Source: Clostridia bacterium
GTDB lineage: Bacteria > Bacillota > Clostridia > Christensenellales > UBA1242
Length of the DNA stretch: 64,000 nucleotides
Reading direction: 5' to 3'
Assembly: GCA_017621525.1 (NCBI GenBank)
Contig: JAGASX010000021.1
Coordinates: forward strand, 51,566 to 115,565
Shown here: piece by piece, positions 1 through 8,268 of the stretch
Position numbering within the stretch: position 1 is the first letter of the stretch
How the letters are laid out: every line of letters begins with the position of its first letter
The notes under the pieces: generated by a model
Seen by the model: the letters and a program-made list of their open reading frames with translations, nothing else
The model's database searches: none
Told to the model about the DNA's origin: nothing
Position numbers and translations under genes: made by a program

Positions 1-636
1 GGCAGGAATATAATATCGCAAACTGCCACCAATTTCTTTGCCCTGCAAGTCGCTTTGCACATAACTGCAACCGTCTTTTCCTTGCAAGTGGTTGTTATAG
101 TATGCCTCAACCCCTGTTTGCCCCTTATTATCAACGCTGATAAATCCCAAAACTTGTGTAAGCAAATTGCCGTAAGGATAGTATCTGTTGCTGTTTTCTG
201 CCAAATACACACCCGGCAAGGCGAGTTTGTACACATTTTCCGCCTCTTCTCCCTCTATTTGCATTTTTATAAGCACTTCGCTTACCGATTTTTGAGTGAT
301 TTTTTGATATACTTTTTCAAATGGCAAATTTAAAACTTGGGAAAGGCTTTGTGCTGTTTGAGAAGATTGCCCAACCTCCCTTGGGCGAACATAAACGTTG
401 TAGGTTGTATAACTTACAGCAAGTGCAGAGCCTGTGCGGTCATAAATTCCCCCGCGAGGTGCAGTTATGGCAAGGTCGCGGGTCCATTGGTCGGTTGCGC
501 GTGCTTGCAAAGAATTGCCGTTTATTATTTGAATAACAAAAAGTCGCACGCAAAGTGCACAAAAAAGAAAGGATATTGCCAGAAAAACTGCCAATATCCT
601 TTTTTTGAATGAATATAATGAAAAGGCTTTTTGCAA
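1..636 (-). CDS. Penicillin-binding protein (FtsI/PBP2B-like transpeptidase), 5' part only; runs off the window edge
   Basis: Not in the ORF track because no stop lies within the window. The minus-strand frame reads (TTG)QKAFSLYSFKKRILAVFLAISFLFCALCVRLFVIQIINGNSLQARATDQWTRDLAITAPRGGIYDRTGSALAVSYTTYNVYVRPREV...RYYPYGNLLTQVLGFISVDNKGQTGVEAYYNNHLQGKDG. This shows an N-terminal TM anchor plus typical PBP dimerisation-domain motifs. GGAGG lies 6 nt upstream of TTG at 634-636. The position after the rsmH/FtsL slot fits a dcw cluster. Confidence 0.8.
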   Translation of the reverse strand, partial: MQKAFSLYSFKKRILAVFLAISFLFCALCVRLFVIQIINGNSLQARATDQWTRDLAITAPRGGIYDRTGSALAVSYTTYNVYVRPREVGQSSQTAQSLSQVLNLPFEKVYQKITQKSVSEVLIKMQIEGEEAENVYKLALPGVYLAENSNRYYPYGNLLTQVLGFISVDNKGQTGVEAYYNNHLQGKDGCSYVQSDLQGKEIGGSLRYYIPA

Positions 637-638
637 GT

Positions 639-1310
639 TTAACCTCCAAATAAGCCTGCTATGAAATTGCAAAATCTATCAAACCAATTTGATTTTTTTA
701 GTATCTCACTTGGTGAGGTATCCTCATCTGGAATGGTTTGAAAAAGATTTTCCATATTGCTTGAATTGGTTGCGTCAAGGGTGGTAAGATTTTTAAGATA
801 TTTTGGAAGATTTATTTCATAATACTCTTTTGCAACCTGCGTAATTTGACTGCCCAAATTATCTATTTGCGCAACATTTACAAGCCCCCAAACGCCAAAA
901 ATGGCAAATAAAATTGAAATTATTGCAACTTTTAAGCGTTTTGGCTTTGTTTGGGGTTTTACCTCTTCCTGTTTTTCTACCTTAAAAATTTTTTCACGTT
1001 GGGTGTCGGACAAAGTTTCTACAAAATCATAGTTTGGCTTTTCTATTATTTGAGAATTTTCACTTGCCACTTGCGGTGCTGGTGATGTTTCTTTCACCTC
1101 TTCAATTTCCGCCTGCCTTTCTTTTGCTTTAAGGACAATTTCTTCACCCTTAAAACTTTTGGAAGAAAAGGCGTTGAAATATTTTTTTTCGGCTTTGGGA
1201 TTTTCTTTTGCCTTTTTACGCTCTGCCCTTTCTCTTGTTTGGGCAAGTTTTTTTTCTACTATTTTTTCTTTATCTTTTTCAAGTTCTACAAGCAAAGTTT
1301 TCTCACCCAT
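639..1310 (-). CDS. Bitopic membrane protein in the FtsL position of the dcw cluster, with a long charged N-terminal region, one TM segment and a short C-terminal ectodomain
   Basis: 223-aa ORF with a Lys/Glu-rich N-terminus, a single TM (VAIISILFAIFGVWGLVNVAQI) and a ~65-aa tail. It lies between rsmH and the PBP gene. Confidence 0.55.
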   Translation of the reverse strand: MGEKTLLVELEKDKEKIVEKKLAQTRERAERKKAKENPKAEKKYFNAFSSKSFKGEEIVLKAKERQAEIEEVKETSPAPQVASENSQIIEKPNYDFVETLSDTQREKIFKVEKQEEVKPQTKPKRLKVAIISILFAIFGVWGLVNVAQIDNLGSQITQVAKEYYEINLPKYLKNLTTLDATNSSNMENLFQTIPDEDTSPSEILKKSNWFDRFCNFIAGLFGG

Positions 1311-1346
1311 AGTATATTATTCCTCCATAAATAAAATAACAAAACT

Positions 1347-2279
1347 TTAAATCTTTTTAGCCACACGAAGTTTTGCACTGCTACTGCGAGAGTTGTTTTT
1401 AAGTTCTCCCTCGCCCGCCATGATTGGTTTTTTGTTGACAAGTTTAATCTTTGCACGATGTCCGCAAATGCAAACTGGGGTTTTAGGTGGGCAAATGCAA
1501 TCGGTTGAATTGTCTTTAAAAACATTTTTTACAATTCTGTCTTCAAGGCTATGGAAGGTGATAACTGCCATTCTTCCGCCCTCTTTTAATAAGTCAATCA
1601 TGTCGTCAAGTGTTTGGTCAAGGCCGTCAAGTTCTTCATTCACCTCAATTCTTATTGCTTGAAATGTTTTCTTTGACACTCCGCCCTTGCCGTAAATCAC
1701 CTTTTTAGGAAAAGATGCTTCAATTATTTCGCGAAGTTGCCCTGTTGTTTCAATTGGTTTAACCTCTCGTGCTTTGCAAATGTTGTCTACTATACGGCGC
1801 GCATTGTCTTCCTCGCCATAGCGGTACAAAATTTGTATAAGTCTTTCACGCGAATAGTTGTTTACAACATAATGGGCATCAAAGTCTTGGGACTTGTCCA
1901 TTCGCATATCAAGTCTGCCGTCATTGACAATGCTGAAACCACGCCCAGCACAATCTAATTGATAAGAACTTACGCCAAGGTCAATTAAAATGCCGTCAAC
2001 TTGCGTTATGCCCATGTCCCTTAAAATTTGTGGGGCGTCTTTATAGTTTGCGTGAATGATTGTTACATTTTCTTTGCCCTGAAATTTCTTTTGGCAGGTT
2101 GAAATTGCGTCCATATCCCTATCAAAGCCAATAAGTTTACCCTCTGGGCAGAGGCGAGCAAGAATTTCTGCCGAATGTCCGCCACCGCCCATAGTGCAAT
2201 CTATATAAATTCCATTTTCTTTTATTTCCAATCCCTCTAAAACTTCATTTAAAAGAACGGGAATGTGTTTAAATTCCAT
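1347..2279 (-). CDS. rsmH: 16S rRNA (cytosine1402-N4)-methyltransferase RsmH (MraW)
   Basis: The N-terminus HIPVLLNEVLEGL...DCTMGGGGHSAEIL and the overall 310-aa length are typical of RsmH. dcw context. Confidence 0.95.
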   Translation of the reverse strand: MEFKHIPVLLNEVLEGLEIKENGIYIDCTMGGGGHSAEILARLCPEGKLIGFDRDMDAISTCQKKFQGKENVTIIHANYKDAPQILRDMGITQVDGILIDLGVSSYQLDCAGRGFSIVNDGRLDMRMDKSQDFDAHYVVNNYSRERLIQILYRYGEEDNARRIVDNICKAREVKPIETTGQLREIIEASFPKKVIYGKGGVSKKTFQAIRIEVNEELDGLDQTLDDMIDLLKEGGRMAVITFHSLEDRIVKNVFKDNSTDCICPPKTPVCICGHRAKIKLVNKKPIMAGEGELKNNSRSSSAKLRVAKKI

Positions 2280-2300
2280 AATTTATCCTATATTTGTATT

Positions 2301-4901
2301 TTATTCAAGTTCTGCAAGCATTTCAAGCAATTTTTGATAATTTATTTTTGAATAATTTTCTTCGGCAAGGCTTGTTACGCCAAGTGCCTGGTAAAGTGCG
2401 TCTGGGTTTGCTTCAAGAAGTGCAACTTCGGTTGCGTATTCTGTTTTAAATTGTGCCATAAGTGAAATGAAGGTGTCTTTAAAAATGCCCTCTTGTGTTT
2501 TGTAAAGAAATTGTGTGCGATATGCATTTATCTTCATGGTTTCAAGCGTTGCACCCAAAACTGTTTTATCCACGCCGGTAAGGTCGCCAAGTGCAAGTGT
2601 ATAACTTTTCTTTAATGGTATAAGTGCTTTAAGAACATTTGAAACTTCAACCGCTTGATTTTCACTGCTGTCTGGGTTGAATGTTGCGCCATCAGCAGAA
2701 ATTGTAAGGTTTGTGTTGCGCGTGATAAGACCAAAGTCATTTTGAAGTTTTGAAAGCACCTTATCCCTTACTCCGCCCGTTGATTTAGCGTAAAATGCTG
2801 GCAATATGATTGCGTCAACATCTTCCATGGCAAGGTCATCAATAATGGCATCAAATTGGTTGTTTAATGCAAGATTAAGGTAAGTTTTACCCAAGGTTGT
2901 TGTGCTGTTTAGCGTTTTAAGCAATGAAGAAATGTAGTTTAAGTCGGTTTTCCATTCATTATAGTTTGAAAGTGATGAAAGGTTGATAAAGTCGCTTTGA
3001 AGTCCGTTTGTAAGTTGATTTACAATAAGCGTTTTGCTTGGCTCTACTTGATACAAAGGCATAATTATATCTGTTAGCAGTGTTTGATTGCCCTCTTTTG
3101 ACACAATATCTGCAATTGCCTCTATCTTTGCATTTGTTGCCCCCTCTGCCGTGATGATTTCATATAAGCCGTTGTCGCGAAGAGAAGTAAGAGATGGTGA
3201 AATAAACTGCATAAGTGAATGATAGTTTTCAATTTCAACTTCCTCGCCGTCATTATCATAAACGGCATTTGTTGGAAGTGAAATGTTGAATTTACTTAGA
3301 AGTTTATCAATAATTGGATTATTTTCTGCCGTTTGAAGAAGGTTTACTGCCCTTGCTTCATCAATAAGAAGTCCAAGTTCGCTTAAAATGCTGTTGATGT
3401 TATAATTTTTTTGGCGGTCAAGCAATATTGTTGGGTTTTCGGCAACATCAAGTACGGCTACGCTTTGAGCGATATTGCCATATCTTTTAAAAACGCCTGA
3501 AAGTGAAGTTGAAAGGCTTTGCCAATCTTCATCAGTCCAATCATCGGTGGTTACGCCAATTGGGTCTACATATTCAGTTATTTTATCGGTTATTTTTGGC
3601 ATAACTGCGGTAAGGGCATCGCGAACGATATTCATATTAAACAGGCTGTCAACACCGCCTTTAAAGGTATTGTAGTTTTCATCTTTGGTAAGAGTGATGA
3701 TTATGTTGTCGGCGTCCATATTTTCAAGTGCAACAATTTCGTCAATTATGCCTTGTTCCCCAAAAGTTAATGCAACGTTTACAAGGGTTTCTATATCGCC
3801 AACAAAATAGTCGCTTACGCTTCCACCCGCCTCTGTATATGCTTTAAGTCCAAGTGAAAGGGCGTCCAAAATTGGTGCGTTATCCTTTGCAAAACTGCTG
3901 TCTGCGATAAAGGCATAGTCTTTATAGTTGATTATAATTTCGCCCAAAGTTTCTGCTATAACATTTTCAAAAAGTGGGCTGTTTGTAAGGTTATCAAAAG
4001 TGGTTGCAATTTTTTGGTAGTTGAAATCTTTAAAAGTTGTTTCTTTATTTATATTTAAAAGTTGGCTTGAAAGGTCAATCACTTTGTATGTGTTTACAAT
4101 TTCCTTTCTTACAGCGATTTTCTCGCCCTCTATTTCAACATTGGCATAATAATCAAAAAGTGCGTCGTCAAGTCCAAAAATTCCGCTTATTTTTGTAAGA
4201 AAATTGTTTTCAAGTCCGCCAATTATTGTTGTAACCGCCTCTGGCAAAATGCCCTCTTGTGCGATTTCTTCTTCGGCAGGCTGTTCCTGAGTGGCAACCT
4301 TTACAAGCATGGTTGTTTCAACTTCTTCGCTTTGGGTTTGCGAAATTCCATAATCGCCGGCGGTTGTGCAGGTATGAGCCGTGCCAATTAAACTTGCAAG
4401 TGGCATAAAAGCAAACACAACCACGATAAGGGTTTTTACAAGACCAACTACACCGCCTGAAAGTCTGCGTTTTTTCTCATCATCGCCAAGTTTAAAGGCT
4501 GTGTGGGCAAGAATTTTATATACAATATACAAAATTCCCTCAACTGCAATGGTAACAAGCAAAAACAGCACAACATTTACAATTGCAGATGGCAAATTTA
4601 ATATAAACTTTTCAAGATTTGGGTTTTTCTCGATAAGTGAGCCTACTCCCTCAATTGAAGAAATGTAGGTAAGAATTACGCCATGCAAAGTTGTCGCCTC
4701 GCCCTCAACCGTAAGAGGTATTCCCAAAACCGCCTTTGTGATAAGCGGTGTTACAAAAAAGGCAACAACCACGCCAATTAAAGAAATTACAAGGCTGACG
4801 GTAGAGCGTTTAAGCCCCCTCCAAAATCCAATAAAAAATCCGACAACCAAAAATGCTATGAAAATTAAGGTGATAATCCAACCGATTAAACTTGCACTCA
4901 T
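2301..4901 (-). CDS. Large membrane protein: N-terminal CvpA-like 4-TM domain fused to a ~680-aa acidic soluble region of unknown function
   Basis: Long ORF. The start is chosen at ATG 4901 (MSASLIGWII...), which is preceded by GGAGG. Four hydrophobic helices occupy the first ~190 aa in a CvpA-like arrangement. I recognise no motif in the rest. Confidence 0.6.
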   Translation of the reverse strand: MSASLIGWIITLIFIAFLVVGFFIGFWRGLKRSTVSLVISLIGVVVAFFVTPLITKAVLGIPLTVEGEATTLHGVILTYISSIEGVGSLIEKNPNLEKFILNLPSAIVNVVLFLLVTIAVEGILYIVYKILAHTAFKLGDDEKKRRLSGGVVGLVKTLIVVVFAFMPLASLIGTAHTCTTAGDYGISQTQSEEVETTMLVKVATQEQPAEEEIAQEGILPEAVTTIIGGLENNFLTKISGIFGLDDALFDYYANVEIEGEKIAVRKEIVNTYKVIDLSSQLLNINKETTFKDFNYQKIATTFDNLTNSPLFENVIAETLGEIIINYKDYAFIADSSFAKDNAPILDALSLGLKAYTEAGGSVSDYFVGDIETLVNVALTFGEQGIIDEIVALENMDADNIIITLTKDENYNTFKGGVDSLFNMNIVRDALTAVMPKITDKITEYVDPIGVTTDDWTDEDWQSLSTSLSGVFKRYGNIAQSVAVLDVAENPTILLDRQKNYNINSILSELGLLIDEARAVNLLQTAENNPIIDKLLSKFNISLPTNAVYDNDGEEVEIENYHSLMQFISPSLTSLRDNGLYEIITAEGATNAKIEAIADIVSKEGNQTLLTDIIMPLYQVEPSKTLIVNQLTNGLQSDFINLSSLSNYNEWKTDLNYISSLLKTLNSTTTLGKTYLNLALNNQFDAIIDDLAMEDVDAIILPAFYAKSTGGVRDKVLSKLQNDFGLITRNTNLTISADGATFNPDSSENQAVEVSNVLKALIPLKKSYTLALGDLTGVDKTVLGATLETMKINAYRTQFLYKTQEGIFKDTFISLMAQFKTEYATEVALLEANPDALYQALGVTSLAEENYSKINYQKLLEMLAELE

Positions 4902-5157
4902 AATGCCTCCTTTTTTATATATTAACATTTTTTTATATGAATTTACAATATTTTAGCAAAAGTTTTTAAAAAATCAAACTCTTTAACCTTTAAATAGGCA
5001 AAATGACGGCAAAATTGGGTTATAATAACTTCACTTTTCTTTATCTTAAAATTTTTTAAAAAACAAAAATTTATTGTTTTATGTGGGCAAGGTGTCATCA
5101 ACAATTATATTTCAATAACTTATACCCAATTTGTAAGAAAAAAGCCTTGATTTTTGT

Positions 5158-5186
5158 TTGACAATTATTTTGAAAAGTTTTAAGAT
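5158..5186 (+). promoter_or_regulatory. Sigma-70-type promoter of nrdD
   Basis: TTGACA (5158-5163), 17 nt spacer, TAAGAT (5181-5186), about 90 nt upstream of the nrdD ATG. Confidence 0.6.
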
Positions 5187-5198
5187 ATATCACGAAAC

Positions 5199-5246
5199 GC
5201 ACTATATATGCCGTTTAAAAATGCATGAAAACACAATATATAGTAT
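5199..5246 (+). promoter_or_regulatory. Tandem NrdR boxes (NrdR repressor operator)
   Basis: Box 2, ACACAATATATAGTAT (5231-5246), fits the acaCwAtATaTwGtgt consensus closely. Box 1, GCACTATATATGCCGT (5199-5214), fits on its left half. The centres are 32 bp apart, just downstream of the -10 and upstream of a ribonucleotide reductase gene. Confidence 0.75.
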
Positions 5247-5275
5247 GAATATTCAAACCACACAAGGAGGAAATC

Positions 5276-7600
5276 ATGGTAAAGAATATACTTAAAAGAG
5301 ATGGCAGAATTGTTGAATTTAATTTATCTAAAATTGAAAACGCCATTTCAAAGGCTATGAATGCGGTGGGAGAACGCGAATTTAAAACTGCAAAAAAACT
5401 TGCAGAAGCGGTTGAAGAAGAAATTAACCTTCAATTTTCTGACAAAACACCTGCCGTGGAGGAAATTCAAGACATCGTTGAAAAGGTGCTTATGAAAAAG
5501 GGCTTTGAAGATGTTGCAAAGGCATATATTCTTTATCGCGATAAGCGAAACACCGTGCGAGAGATGAACACTTCGCTTATGAAAACCTTTGAAAAACTTA
5601 ACAACAGCGACGCCAAGGACAGCGACCTTAAACGTGAAAACGCCAACATTGACGGCGATACACCAATGGGCGTTATGTTGAAGTTTGGAAGTGAAAGTGC
5701 AAAAAACTATTTCACCCATGCTGTTATTGACCCAGAGCAGGCAAAAGCGCACCAAGCGGGCGATATACATATTCATGACTTTGACTTTTACACCCTTACA
5801 GAAACTTGTTGCCAAATTGACGTTGAAAAACTTTTTAAAGGCGGTTTCCACACAGGGCATGGTTTTGTAAGAGAGCCAAACGATATTCGCACCTATGCTG
5901 CACTTGTGTGCATTGCAATTCAATCAAACCAAAATGACCAGCACGGCGGACAAAGTGTGCCAAACTTTGATTATGGCTGTGCACCCGGCGTTGCAAAAAC
6001 ATATAAAAAGATTTACCGCACAAACTTTGCCAAAGCCTATGTTTTAACAGAGGCTGGAATACTTGGTGAAGAAGAAGTTTGTGAAATTTTTAAGGCGCTT
6101 GAAAAAATTAAGGGCGTATATCCTACCCTTACAAAAGATGAGAAGTTTGACAGGGCAGAACGCAAGGCTTTTGATGAAATTGATGATGAAAAATTTGCAA
6201 AAATTAAAAAATATGCAACTAAAAAATCACTTCAAGAAACTGACGAGGCAACTCACCAGGCAATGGAAGCGCTTATTCATAACCTTAACACAATGCACTC
6301 TCGTGCAGGGGCACAAGTTCCATTCTCTTCTCTCAACTTTGGTACAGACACTTCACCAGAAGGGCGCATGGTTGTTAAAAACTTCTTGCGTGCAACAGAA
6401 GAAGGTTTGGGCAATGGAGAAACTCCTATCTTCCCAATTTCAATATTTAAGGTGAAAGAGGGGGTAAACTTCAACCCTACCGACCCTAACTATGACCTGT
6501 TTAAGGCAGCAATTGCTTGCTCGGCAAAAAGAATGTTTCCAAACTTCTCATTCCTTGACGCACCTTTCAACATTCCTTACTACAAAGAGGGACGTCCAGA
6601 AACAGAAGTTGCATACATGGGTTGCCGTACACGCGTTATGAGCAACGTTTACGACCCAAGCAGAGAAATAACTTTTGGACGCGGTAACCTTTCTTTCACA
6701 TCAATCAACCTGCCAAGAATTGCAATTGAAAGCAAAGGCGACATGAAAAAGTTTTATGCTATGCTTGACGAACGCATGGAACTTGTTACACAACAACTTC
6801 TTGACCGCTTTGAAATTCAAAAATCAAAACGCGTTTACAACTATCCTTTCCTTATGGGACAAGGCGTTTGGATTGACAGTGAAAAACTTGACCGCACAGA
6901 CAGCGTTGCTGAGGTTTTAAAGCATGGCTCGCTTACTTACGGATTTATCGGGCTTGCTGAAACACTTGTTGCCCTTACCGGAAAGCATCATGGTGAAAGT
7001 GAAAAATCATGGCAAATTGGTTATGAAATTGTAAAACATATGCGTGAATTTGCCGATAAAAAATCACAAGAGCATAAACTTAACTTCACCGTTATTGCAA
7101 CACCTGCCGAGGGTTTAAGTGGAAGATTTGTACGCATTGATAGAAAGAAATATGGTTCAATTAAAGGCATCACAGACCGCGAATATTATACAAACTCTTT
7201 CCATGTGCCTGTTTACTATGACATTTCTGCAAACAAAAAGATTGACCTTGAAGCACCTTTCCACAATTTGTGCAATGGTGGGCATATTACATATGTGGAA
7301 CTTGACGGCGACACAACAAACAACCTTGATGCTTTTGAAGTGCTTATTCGCCACATGAAAGAGGCAGGCATTGGATATGGTGCAATCAACCACCCTATCG
7401 ACCGCGACCCTGTTTGCGGATACAATGGCATTATTGGCGACACCTGCCCTAACTGCGGAAGAAGTGAAAACGACGGCAAGGGCAACTTTGAAAGAATTCG
7501 TCGTATTACAGGTTATCTTGTGGGAACGCTTGACAGATTTAATAATGGCAAACGTGCAGAAGAGCATGACCGCGTAAAACATGGCATGAAAAATAATTAA
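5276..7600 (+). CDS. nrdD: Anaerobic ribonucleoside-triphosphate reductase (class III RNR) NrdD
   Basis: N-terminal ATP-cone (ILKRDGRIVEFNLSKIENAI), a C-terminal Cys cluster (CGYNG...CPNCG) and the glycyl-radical motif RRITGYLVG. AAGGAGG RBS at 5264-5270. Confidence 0.95.
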   Translation: MVKNILKRDGRIVEFNLSKIENAISKAMNAVGEREFKTAKKLAEAVEEEINLQFSDKTPAVEEIQDIVEKVLMKKGFEDVAKAYILYRDKRNTVREMNTSLMKTFEKLNNSDAKDSDLKRENANIDGDTPMGVMLKFGSESAKNYFTHAVIDPEQAKAHQAGDIHIHDFDFYTLTETCCQIDVEKLFKGGFHTGHGFVREPNDIRTYAALVCIAIQSNQNDQHGGQSVPNFDYGCAPGVAKTYKKIYRTNFAKAYVLTEAGILGEEEVCEIFKALEKIKGVYPTLTKDEKFDRAERKAFDEIDDEKFAKIKKYATKKSLQETDEATHQAMEALIHNLNTMHSRAGAQVPFSSLNFGTDTSPEGRMVVKNFLRATEEGLGNGETPIFPISIFKVKEGVNFNPTDPNYDLFKAAIACSAKRMFPNFSFLDAPFNIPYYKEGRPETEVAYMGCRTRVMSNVYDPSREITFGRGNLSFTSINLPRIAIESKGDMKKFYAMLDERMELVTQQLLDRFEIQKSKRVYNYPFLMGQGVWIDSEKLDRTDSVAEVLKHGSLTYGFIGLAETLVALTGKHHGESEKSWQIGYEIVKHMREFADKKSQEHKLNFTVIATPAEGLSGRFVRIDRKKYGSIKGITDREYYTNSFHVPVYYDISANKKIDLEAPFHNLCNGGHITYVELDGDTTNNLDAFEVLIRHMKEAGIGYGAINHPIDRDPVCGYNGIIGDTCPNCGRSENDGKGNFERIRRITGYLVGTLDRFNNGKRAEEHDRVKHGMKNN

Positions 7601-7654
7601 AGTACATATTTTGAAAATACATATTAAATTATTAAAAAAAATAATTTTAAAGCA

Positions 7655-7685
7655 TTTATTCCCCTTTATTTTTAAGGGGAATAAA
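7655..7685 (+). terminator. 12-bp stem-loop between nrdD and nrdG (possible attenuating terminator)
   Basis: TTTATTCCCCTT (7655-7666) pairs with AAGGGGAATAAA (7674-7685) around a 7-nt loop. It is followed only by a short interrupted T-tract. Confidence 0.45.
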
Positions 7686-7709
7686 TATTTTAAAAAATAA
7701 AGGAAAATT

Positions 7710-8222
7710 ATGGCAAAACTTAAAATTTCAGGTGTTGTAAATAATTCGATAGTTGACGGGCCGGGATTGCGTTTTACACTTTTTACGCAAGGTTGTCCGC
7801 ACAATTGCCCCGGCTGTCATAATCCGCAAACGCACCCATTTAAAGGCGGTAAAAATTATTCATTAAGAAAATTTAAAAAAGATATTTCTTTAAATACACT
7901 TTTGTATGGAGTAACCTTTTCTGGGGGCGACCCTTTTTCTCAGGCAAAGGCCCTTATACCTTACGCAAAATTTGTGAAAGAGCGTGGATTGGAACTTGCC
8001 TGCTATACCGGTTTTGTTTTTGAGCAATTGTCATCTAACAGTGTGCCATATGCAAAAGAACTTTTGGGATATATTGATATTTTGATTGACGGCAAATTTG
8101 TGCTTGCACAAAAAAGCCTAAACTTGCGTTTTAAAGGCAGTAAAAACCAAAGGACAATTGATGTGCAATCTTCTTTAAAGGAAGGTAAAGTTGTTTTATC
8201 AAAAGATGAAAAATGGGTTTAA
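7710..8222 (+). CDS. nrdG: Anaerobic ribonucleotide reductase activating protein (radical SAM) NrdG
   Basis: CPHNCPGCHN radical-SAM cysteine cluster near the N-terminus, 170 aa, immediately downstream of nrdD. Confidence 0.9.
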   Translation: MAKLKISGVVNNSIVDGPGLRFTLFTQGCPHNCPGCHNPQTHPFKGGKNYSLRKFKKDISLNTLLYGVTFSGGDPFSQAKALIPYAKFVKERGLELACYTGFVFEQLSSNSVPYAKELLGYIDILIDGKFVLAQKSLNLRFKGSKNQRTIDVQSSLKEGKVVLSKDEKWV

Positions 8223-8234
8223 AAACACAAAAAA

Positions 8235-8267
8235 ACACCAAAAAATTGAATTTTTGGTGTTTTTTTT
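8235..8267. terminator. Bidirectional intrinsic terminator between convergent nrdG and metG
   Basis: ACACCAAAAA (8235-8244) pairs with TTTTTGGTGT (8251-8260). An A-run precedes it and a T-run (8261-8267) follows. Confidence 0.8.
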
Positions 8268-8268
8268 A

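Noticed and set aside
55-649. Track ORFs 55..333(+), 321..536(+), 337..612(+) and 440..649(-)
   Set aside because: They overlap a much better minus-strand frame with clear PBP motifs (PRGGIYDRTGSALA, YYPYGNLLTQVLGF) that starts at TTG 636 and runs off the window. They have no RBS and show low-complexity or odd composition.
7157-7804. 215-aa minus-strand ORF spanning the nrdD 3' end and the nrdG 5' end
   Set aside because: It is antisense to two well-supported genes and crosses their intergenic hairpin. Its composition is Cys/Phe/Ile-rich shadow-type.
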